The notes under the pieces are model-generated. The model was not told where the DNA came from, did no database searches, and saw nothing but the letters and a program-made list of their open reading frames with translations. This document shows, piece after piece, positions 54,013 to 64,000 of a stretch of DNA of 64,000 bases (its first letter is position 1; the number at the start of each line of letters is the position of its first letter). Made by a program: the position numbers and the translations under genes. The DNA comes from Octopus vulgaris (lineage: Eukaryota): assembly GCA_951406725.2 (NCBI GenBank), contig OX597824.1:7068001-7132000 (forward strand), read 5' to 3'.

Positions 54013-54390
54013 GTGGTGCAATGGCCCAGTGGTTAGGGCAGCAGGCTCGCGGTCGGAGGATCGCAGTTTCGATTCCCAGACTGGGCGTTGTGTATGTTTA
54101 TTGAGTGAAAACACCTAAAGCTCCACGAGGCTCCAGCAGGGGAGTGGTGGCGACCCCTGTTGTACTCTTTCGCTCCAACTTTCTCTCACTCTTCCTTCTT
54201 GTTTCTTGTCCCCGACTTCCTACGCAACCACTGAGCCTGGATGCGCATTCATCCATCCGTCGATGCTCTCGGTGTCGGAGGTTGACCTGCTTTCTCTTCT
54301 GCGGGTCTTACGAATAGCAAAGGACCACGGTTCGGACTTCTCCCACTGGGACAAAGACTGCTTCGCTCAACAAACAAACAAAAACCAAAC
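54013..54390 (+). mobile_element. Family D tRNA-derived SINE with (CAAA)n tail, inserted in a (GCA)n tract
   Basis: A-box TGGCCCAGTGG, B-box GTTTCGATTCC; AGCAGCAGCAGCAGCAGTA on both flanks. Confidence 0.8.
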
Positions 54391-54391
54391 G

Positions 54392-54429
<38 letters not shown>

Positions 54430-54627
54430 CAGTAGTAGTAGTAGTAGTAGCTTCTGGCTGCTTTGTTTTCCTTATCTGTTTTCCTCCTCTATCATCTTCT
54501 GCTTGCATTTGTTACAAGACATAAGTTTTCATAAACTACAATATACAAATGTCCACACTACTACACCTGTTATAATTCTTTACCTCAAACTAAATGTACG
54601 TGAAGGTATTTAGAATGTCCAAACTTA

Positions 54628-55044
54628 AGGCGGGGAGCTGACAGAATCATTAGCATGCCGGGTGAAATGCTTAGCAGTATTTCGTCTGCCGTTACGTTCT
54701 GAGTTCAAATTCCACCGAGGTCGACTTTGCCTTTCATCCTTTCGGGGTCGATAAATAAAGTACCAGTTACGCACTGGGGTCGATATAATCGATTTAATCC
54801 ATTTGTCTGTCCTTGTTTGTCCTCTGTGTGTTTAGACCCTTGTGGGTAGTAAAGAAATAGGTATTTTGTCTGCCGCTACATTCTGAGTTCAAATTCTGCC
54901 GAGATCAACTTTGCCTTTCATCCTTTCGGGGTCGATAAATTAAGTACCAGTTACGCACTGGGGTCGATATATAATCGACTTAATCTGTTTGTCAGTCCTT
55001 GTTTGTCCTCTCTGTGTTTAGCCCCTTGTGGGTAGTAAAGAAAT
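54628..55044 (+). mobile_element. Family C SINE partial-tandem dimer; ~24-bp TSD
   Basis: Junction AAAGAAATAGGTATTTTGTCTG at ~54860; TSD AGGTATTTAGAATGTCCAAACTTA (54604-54627) versus AGGTTTTTAGAATGCCCAAATTTA (55045-55068). Confidence 0.85.
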
Positions 55045-55829
55045 AGGTTTTTAGAATGCCCAAATTTATTTCTGCAAATAAGTGTAGGTGTGAGGAAACT
55101 GCAATAAAAATAAGCAGCCTTTCAGAAATTGAACCTCCTTACGATAGCCCCTGGGAGTTCATGGTATGAAATTCATTGTCACTGCTTCCATTTGGTTACC
55201 AATGCCATGTATTTAGTTTAAAATGCAGGAAAAAATAGGGAGCAGGGTTCAGTGGGGCTGCAATTAGGTGGCCCTTAAAAAGATCAACCCCCTTAGGAAA
55301 TTCCCTGGGATTAAGAGAGTTGCTGGTTTGAACTTCATTGTCGTTGCACCAATGATCTGGGAGGAGTTAACAAACATAAAAATGTAATGGACAGAGAAAA
55401 ATCACTCAAATTTATAACAGGATAATATAACGTTAGGCATTAGTTTTTCTGACTCTGTACATGCTCTTTACAGTCTAGGTTCAAATCCTGCTGATGCTTT
55501 CTTTGCTTTTCACCATTTTAGCACAAAAAAATACAGTACTAGTGAAGTTTCTGGGACCAATCGAATAGACTACCCTCATCCCACTAAACATAGCTGGCCT
55601 TGTGCTAAAATTGGAAGGTGCTACATTTATTTATGCATTTTATTATTATTATTATTATTTGTCTCAGTCATTTGACTGTGGCCCTTCTGGAGCACTGATT
55701 GAAGGGTTTTAGTTGAACAAATCTACCACAGGATAATCATATATCAAACTCTGCAGGAATGACCATCATCATCATCATCATCATCATTTTGTTACAATTA
55801 TCATTAACATTATTATTATTATTATTATT

Positions 55830-55966
55830 CTATGTTTGACTTTTGCTTTACATTTGTACAAGTTGGCTCCAAGTCTCACCCAGAGACCTCAAGAGACAAC
55901 AAGTTGAAAGTATATGTTGGTGTTATGCCTAGGGTGCCATATATTTGGTTTTGTATTTAGTGTTGT
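55830..55966 (-). mobile_element. Short retroposon 3'UTR fragment inside (ATT)n (Dong-like, inferred)
   Basis: Unique block flanked by ATT repeats on both sides. Confidence 0.4.
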
Positions 55967-55969
55967 AAT

Positions 55970-56007
<38 letters not shown>

Positions 56008-56033
56008 CATTATTATCATTATTATTATCTTCT

Positions 56034-56515
56034 AAGGTGGCAAGCAGCTAGAATTGTTAGCATGCCAGGCAAAATGCTTGACAGTACTTCATCGATCTTT
56101 ATGTTCTGTGTTCAAATTCTGCCATGGTCAACTTAGCATTTCATCCTTTTGGGGGTTGATGAAGTATCAGCTGATCACCGGGGTCAATCTATTTGACTTA
56201 CTCACTTCCCCAAAGTTGCTGGCCTTGTGCCAAAAATTTCAAATCATCATCATCCTTACTACCACCACTATCATTGTCATCGTCATCATCATCATCATCA
56301 TGGTGGAGAGCTGGCAGAATCATTAGCAAGCTAAACAAAATGTTGAGTGGCATTTCGACTGTCTTTACGTTTTGAGTTCAAATTCCACCCTGGTCGACTT
56401 TACCTTTCATCCTTTTGGGGCACTCATGAATTAAGACCAGTGAAACACTGGGGTCGATGTAACCAACTAGTTCCCTCCCACAAAATTTCAGGCCTTGTGC
56501 CTTTATAGAAAGGAG
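56034..56515 (+). mobile_element. Two adjacent family C SINEs with ATC/ATT tails
   Basis: Cores at ~56110-56170 and ~56375-56460. Confidence 0.7.
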
Positions 56516-56542
56516 TATAATTATTATTATTGTTGCTGTTGC

Positions 56543-56578
<36 letters not shown>

Positions 56579-58507
56579 CTTTAATGTTCCAGCTGTTTTA
56601 AGCTGGTAAACACAAGAAAATTTTTTCAAAGGAAAGATATTTGGGGCAACGCTGGATAGAAGCCCCAGTCAGTCTTTCATGTTTACACAGTATAAACATA
56701 CAGAGGAAAAACACTTCTCAGATGTCTTAAGGGGTCTGTCATTAATGCCGAATTATACCCGTTACATTCTGCTTCCATATCAGCTTATCGCCGTTATCAA
56801 AAGGACTCCAACTAGACGAAATGAAATAATTCCTTCTTTGTATTGAAAGCTAACATGCCTTTCTATGAATTTCTCTCCAAATTGCTTTCGCAAAAAAAAA
56901 AAGGAACCCTGAGGTAAATTAAGAAGCCAACCTGGTATTGAAACAGAAATCCATATATCAATCTACTTTTATGATTGTATATATTACTGTTCTAATGTTT
57001 TGATGTCTCAGCACGCTAGTAAAAGCTAATTAGCATAACTTTTACTCGTTTTCATAAACTGTATTAACAAGACTGCTACAGTTGCTGTTGCTCTTCAGCC
57101 CCAGGTCATCGTCATCCCTGATTGAGTAAATACAAGATCGGAAGCATTTCAGTTATGGCCATCATGTGTTTTTCTGGGATATATATACGTAGGATTACAT
57201 TATCCACTGCGTCGCTTTATTATATGAGGAGACAATGAAATGAGATTGGAGGGAGATTTGGTTGCTACTTCTAGCACAGGTTGGAAAAGATGATTTAACA
57301 GGATCTAACAAGCCAGAGGACTATGTGAAGTTCCAGTGTCTGCATTACCATGGTTTCTATGGTTGGGTGCCCTTCCTAACAGCAACCACATTGCATGAGG
57401 TTACCATGTAACTTGTGTGACAAAAAAAGGCTTCCTTGACAGAGATGGGGAGTAGTAGAGAGGGAGGTGGCTTTATGCTACATGTTGAGAGGCCAAATTA
57501 TGAGAGAGGGACATGAACAGGCATCTTGATATAAAGGAGATAAATGGACACACTGAATTATAAAAGTATGAGTGGGATTAGCTGGAAAGAGAGATAATGA
57601 TGGTAGTTATGAGGTGTCATGGCATAGCTTTAGGGTGAATGATGATATGTAGAAGAGAGAATAGAAACAAAGGATTATGTTTACAAGAGTGTGAGAGCAG
57701 AGTTACTATATCCAGCCTTCAGGGCTCTAACACCTTGTCTGTCTGGAAATCAAAAGTCCCAGAGGATTTTTGCTTTGCCAGGACCACCTAACCGGCCCTT
57801 GTGCCAGTGGCATGTAAAAGCACCCACTATACTCTCGGAGTGGTTGGTGTTAGGAAGGGCATCCAGCTGCAGAAACTCTGCCAGATCAGATTGGAGTCTG
57901 GTGCAGCCATCTGGTTCACCAGACCTCAGTCAAATCGTCCAACCCATGCTAGCATGGAAAGCAGACATTAAACGATGATGATGATGATGATGATGCTGAT
58001 TCATTACCTTTTCTGGTGTATGTTGGTACCAAGCACCCATAACCTCATATCCATACTTATGGCATAGTAGCTAGTGGAGGTTTGGGGCCACCTTGTCGTG
58101 TCTTGTGCCTAGAGTATAAAAGAATCATTCGTACACCACACAAAATGCTCACTGACATTTCGTACAGCTTAAAGTTCTGGGTTCAAACCCAGTCACAATC
58201 AACATTGATTTTCATCCTTTCAAACTCAATGAATTAAGAACCAGTCAAGCACCAGGAACTATGTAAACTGAACAGCCTCCTCCCACCAAATTTACGGTAT
58301 TGTGTCTAAAGCAGAAAGGATTATTATTAGTACTGTTACCACCATCATCATCATCATCATCATTAGAGAAATGAGATGGTAGATTGTAGGAGAGTTGACA
58401 AAAATAATTGGCACCATTTATTCCAGCTCTTTACATTCCAAGTTCAAATCCCACAAAGGTCAGCTTTATCTTCCATCCTCCAGGGGCTGATAAAATAAAG
58501 CATCAGT

Positions 58508-58676
58508 GAAGAAGAAGAAGAAGAAGAAGAAGAAGAAGAAGAAGAAGAAGAAGAAGAAGAAGAAGAAGAAGAAGAAGAAGAAGAAGAAGAAGGAGGAGGA
58601 GAAGAAGAAAAAGAAGAAGAAGAAGAAGAAGAAGAAGAAGAAGAAGGAGAAGAAGAAGAAGAAGAAGAAGAAGAAG

Positions 58677-58707
<31 letters not shown>

Positions 58708-58724
58708 GGAAGAAGAAGAAGAAG

Positions 58725-58755
<31 letters not shown>

Positions 58756-58760
58756 GGAAG

Positions 58761-58791
<31 letters not shown>

Positions 58792-58793
58792 GG

Positions 58794-58824
<31 letters not shown>

Positions 58825-58894
58825 GGAAGAAGAAGAAGAAGAAGAAGAAGAAGAAGAAGAAGAAGAAGAAGAAGAAGAAGAAGAAGAAGAAGAA
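58508..58894. repeat. (GAA)n tract, ~390 bp, with recurring GTG interruptions
   Basis: Seen directly; it explains the poly-K, poly-E and poly-L ORFs. Confidence 0.97.
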
Positions 58895-60575
58895 AGTTCA
58901 GAGAAAAATAATAAAGACAGTAGTTAAGTATTCCAGTGTTTTGTAGAAAGAGTGCAATGGATGGATGGTAGGAAGGAAGGAAGGCAAGAAGGAAGGAAGG
59001 AAGAAAAGAAGGAAGGAAGGAAGGATAAGGATAATGTAAATAGCTCAAGGCTTTCCTGATACAAAATATCTTTTTACTCGAATTGATCTGCAAAAATAAA
59101 ACCGGAGCACATTGCCATTTAATTTAGAATAAATATCTTAAAAGACAGCACAGTATTTCATTGGGCCCTCCACCACCACGACCATCACCACGACCACCAC
59201 CACAAGCAGATGGAGCTAGTAGTTAGTCTAAAGAGTGGGTAAGAAGTGCCAAAATAAACAAATTTCAAAACGAAAATAAACAAAGCAGAACTTTGGAGAT
59301 TCTCAAAACAATTAGCTGAATGTTTTAGAATGGAATAATGGAGAAACAAAATAACGGCTGAAACAAATTTGGGATAAAAAAAAAAGGCTTATTGACTGAA
59401 GTGAATCCTGACAATCTATGGGGCTTTTTGTGTTTTAATCACTTTCTCCATTCTGCTCATACCTCGGTGGGGTTGACGGGCTTTTCATTACACTGAGCTC
59501 CATAAAATTAAGTACTTGTAATGTTCTGCAGTTGATTGAATAAACGAACCCACCTCTCCATCACCGCTCGGTCAACATCAATAATAATTTTTTTTTTGTA
59601 GTCAGACTGATTTTCACTTTCCAATGGATAAATGAGAATTATTATAGACAATATGAAATAACGAGAAGAGATAATAGCAACAGGGGTTGTGTTTGTCTTT
59701 CATTTTTTACAAAGGTACAATGCTTGTGATTTGCTTCAGAGTTAAAATACAAAGCCATGTCGTTTATGGTTCTTTTTAATAGTTCTGGAGAGGATATAAT
59801 TAGAACGGAATGGTTCCATTTTGAAAATCAACATTACATCAAAATTTACTGCAACATCGTTACCAGCGTCGCCTTACTGGCACTCGAGCCCCGTACTAGT
59901 AGGGTATTAAGAGCACCATCCGAGCGTGATCGTTGCCAGAGTGGCTATCTGGCCTCCGTGCTGGTGGCACATAAAAGACACCGTAAAAGACAGACAAACA
60001 GATTAAGTCGATTACATTGATCCCAGTGCGTAACTGGTACTTATTTAATCAACCCCGAAAGGATGAAAGGCAAAGTCGACCTTGGCAGAATTTGAACTCA
60101 GAACGTAACAGCAGACGAAATACCGCTAAGCATTTCGCCCGGTGTGCTAACATTTCTGCTAACTTGCCGCCTTCAGTTCTTCTTCATAACAATTTCAATG
60201 TGAAGGACATCTGAATGAGCAGATGTCATGGAGATTAAGAGTGGATAAACAACCAGAAAAGAAAGTTCGTGGCCATTTGTATTCAAATCTTGACATGGAT
60301 CATCTTGGATGAAATATATTTTGCAGACTTTAATAAGTGAGTCTCTATGTGTCACTCAATCTGCTAAAAAGAGCAGCTCAATTTCCTTCAAGTTCCTACT
60401 ACCTTGGAAAAGAACTCAGTGATAGTATAGTCCTAGAAACACTATGCCAGAAAGAAGAAAAGACATACAAGATGCAATGATCATGACCACAACTTCAACT
60501 GTTCAACTGGTGAATAGAAAAGTCAGCAGAATAAAACTTGAATCCCTTCCTCTATCATTCATTTCTGTTCTGTAA

Positions 60576-60772
60576 GGCGGCGACCTGGCAGAAACGTTAG
60601 AGCGCCGGGGAAAATGCTTAGTGGTATTTCATCTGTCTTTATGTTCAGAGGTCAACTTTGCCTTTCATCCTTTTGGGGTCGATAAATTAAGTACCAGTCG
60701 CATACTGGAGTTGATCTAATTGACTGCCCCACCTCCCCAAAAGTTTCGGGCCTTGTGCCCAGAGTAGAAACG
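60576..60772 (+). mobile_element. Family C SINE with 19-bp TSD
   Basis: TSD ATTCATTTCTGTTCTGTAA at 60557-60575 and 60773-60791. Confidence 0.9.
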
Positions 60773-61569
60773 ATTCATTTCTGTTCTGTAATGAAATCGT
60801 TACAGAACTAGATTTGGGACTTAGATGATTTTGAACAGGATGCCAAGAGTTAAAGAATCTCCTAGAAGGTCTAACACAAATTATATTTATTCCTCTGCAT
60901 CAAATCTGACCTTTTTGTCTTGACAATTTCATTTTCTCACATACATGACAAAGATATTTTCTTTTCCATTTTTTTCCAGATGTATGTACAACTATTAAAC
61001 AAATTGTGCTGCCATTGTATGCAAGACATGTATTATCAATTAATTAGCAGAGTAAAATATAATTTAATTACTTTATTACCTGTGGCATTTATATGAAATT
61101 ATATATTTTTTCTCAGCCAAAACTGTAGCATTCTCTTTGACCTTCAGTGTATTATTTTTTCCCTTTCATCTTTGTTTTCATTGGTTAAACATACCAAAGT
61201 GACAAAGTGCAGAAACTCTTAGAATGACAGGAAAACTACTCAATAGCATTTCTTCTGAAACCTTTGCATCCTGAGTTCAAACCTTGCTCAGGTCAATTAT
61301 GCCTTTTATCCTTTGGGGGGTCAATAAAATAAAATACTAGTCAAGTACTGGGATCAATGGCAATAACTAATCCCCTTCACTAATATTTCAGGGGCTGTGC
61401 CTAAAGTAGAAAGAAGTGACTAAACAGACGTATTACAAAGGCATTCCAGCCCTGACAATTACCATTTGCTTTGTTTCGGCATAATGTCTGTAGGAATACA
61501 CAAACCAATATACTCTCCCTTTTTTAAGTCAGTAGGGATCGGTAAGGAAATTTCATGCTTTTATGCATT

Positions 61570-61800
61570 TCAGCCCAAAAGTTGTCGCCATGCAGGGTCA
61601 CTACCAATGTTATCACCTTTTTAATGGCCATTCTTTTGTGATTGACTTTTGCTAAAGGATGGAGTTAAGTGTTGCTGCCCTTTTTTGAGTTTCTTGCCAT
61701 GATGTAGGTTTGTCAGGGTCCTTGAACAGCAGGGGGTCGGATTGTTTCTTGAAAACATCTACCCCTGCTCCATGTAGATCTCTCAGATATTTCGGCTATC
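61570..61800 (-). pseudogene. CR1-group LINE C-terminal relic
   Basis: PKYLRDLHGAGVDVFKKQSDPLLFKDPDKPT...RAATLNS, the same motif class as 37763-38060. Confidence 0.65.
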
Positions 61801-61927
61801 AGTTGGTGTTTTGCATAAACACAAATTAAAATACATGCGAAAAACAGAAATCCTTTTTTATAGTTTTAGGAAGCGGAGATTGTTTAAAAAATAACCAGGA
61901 GTCAAACGAAATAACTGATATGGATAT

Positions 61928-62335
61928 GTGAGGGAGACAGGAGAGTGAGAGAGAGGGGGGAGAGAAGAGAGTGGGAGAGAAGGGAGAGGGAGAGAGGAGA
62001 GTGGGAGAAAGAAGAGAGGAAGGGGAGAGCAGGGAAGAGTGGGAGAGAGAGAGAAGAGAGGAAGAGGAGAGTGGGGGAGAGAGAAGAGAGGGAGAGAGAG
62101 AAGAGTGGGCAAGAGAGGAGAGTGAGAGAGGAGCATGAGAGAGAGGAGAGAGAAGAGTGTGAGAGTAGTGGGAGAGGGAGTGAGAGGAGAGTGGGAGAGA
62201 GAAGAGAATGAAAGAGAGAGGAGCATCAGAGAGGAGAGAGGAGAGGGAGGAGTGTGAGGGAGAGAAGAGAGAAATGAGTGAGTGAGAGAGAAGAATGGGA
62301 GAGAGAGGAGAGCGAAAAAGAGAGGAGAGAGAGGT
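61928..62335. repeat. GA-rich polypurine tract (another lies at 62960-63100)
   Basis: Seen directly. Confidence 0.95.
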
Positions 62336-63018
62336 ATGATCTGAAAGAAATACAGAGAAAATTTGATAGATTCTTTTTAAAGTCCCTTTCATGTGGATTA
62401 TTAAAACAAGTGAACGGCAGCACTTATATTGGAAGGCGGCACCATAAAACGGTGAGGAGTGTGTAAATGGTTTTAGTTCTCAATAAACTATTAGCTTAAC
62501 AATTATTTTAGAAATACAAGTTTCAAATTGTTTGAGAAAAGAAAGAGAGAAAGAGAGAGAAAATAATAAGATACGGTAAAATGGAAAAACAATAAAAAGT
62601 TTCCCCCACACCCAGGATAATCAACAAAGCCAGTGATTAGCTTAAGTGCAGAGAAATTTTGATTTTGTTAGGGAAAACTAGAGAAACGTAGGTGCACACA
62701 CATTGGTAAAAGCAGCAATCAAATGGAATTAACAAATTGAATACATGATTGTTTCACTATGAAATATACCTAATTCGCTTTTATATTTGTATACAGAATT
62801 TTTTTTGTAATCTATAAAGTTTTGTATTATTTTTTTTATTTACGTTTATAATTGCTTTGAAGTTTAGAAAAAAAACAAAAACGAAATCGATATAGATGTA
62901 AAGCAATTATCACCACCTACTGATTGTATAAAATAAAACTCATAAAAGTAACAAATTCCAGAGAAAGAGAGAGAGGGAGGGGGGAGAAAGAGAAGGAATG
63001 AGAGAGAGAGAGAGAAGG

Positions 63019-63054
<36 letters not shown>

Positions 63055-64000
63055 AAGGAATCAGAGAGAGAGAAAGAGAAGGAATGAGAGAGAGGAAGAA
63101 CAGAAATGAAATAAAAATTCTTTGGCATCTATCATGTATCTAATTAAACAGTGTTGTTATATTAAACTTGATTATATAAGACTTTTGAAATAATATATTT
63201 TTTCATCCGCAGAATTTTCTTTCCATACAGAACAAGTACATTTCACTTCAAAGTCACCCAGTTTGTTATGCACTGCTACAGTCTTTCACCCGATCTATCA
63301 AATATAAGGACAAAAATGATTTGGCGCCATTGCTTTTGTTCAGTCTTTTTCATTGATTGGCTGGTATTTTCTCGTTTTACCCTCCATTCTATCCTGTCTT
63401 AAACCAGGCTTTGGAATAGATATGTTGAATGCCTACACGCAGTAAGACATATTCAAAAGGGTTGTCTTAATTTATCCAATTCTTTCTTGAGTGGCCAATA
63501 TTATATAAGAGAGGGCCAAGAAATTTGGTGAACGGAAGGGCATCTGGCACAAAACAGTGATGCAGAAAAATCATCCAGTTTATATTATCATCATCATCAT
63601 TGTTTAACGTCTGTTTTCCGTACTAGCACAGGTTGGACAGTTTGACCGGGGTCTGGGAAGCCAGGAGACTGCACCAGGCTCCAGTCTGATCTGGCAGTGT
63701 TTCTACAGCTGGATGCTCTTCCTAGCCAACCACTCCGTGAGTGTAGTGGGTGTTTTTTACGTGCCACCAACACAGGTGCCAGGGGAAGCTGGCAGTGGCC
63801 ACGATCAGTTGGTGCTTTTTACGTGCCACCAGCACAGAAGCCAGTCAAGGTGGTGCTGGCATCAGCTTGGAAAAGTGGATGTAACACACTGCTGACAGCA
63901 AAGAATCTCTTCTTTAATACCAAAAACAAAAACTACTGAAGATTGGAACTCCTTTCTGTTTTTTCAACAATTACAAAACATTTTTTTTCCTTTTGCCTCA

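Overview
AT-rich, microsatellite-dense animal DNA. The SINE/LINE families resemble those I recall from octopus (coleoid cephalopod); this is an inference, not a database result. The only host coding sequence I can support is one 102-nt phase-0 exon of MON2 on the minus strand (24035-24136), so the window reads as two very large MON2 introns. Most ORF-track entries are microsatellite or repeat artefacts. The introns hold tRNA-derived SINEs, 5'-truncated RTE copies, relics of CR1-group, R4/Dong and L1/Tx1 LINEs, a DD37D transposase relic and several MITEs. The most interesting signal is a set of minimal type-I hammerhead-ribozyme (HHR) motifs of the Penelope-like-element (PLE) kind. One ~290-nt family joins a tRNA-derived Pol III head, (AAT)n and an HHR tail. 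It occurs at three loci around the exon, always as inverted pairs. Two unrelated families form fold-backs hinged on their HHR, and one of them carries a U3-A8 compensatory core.
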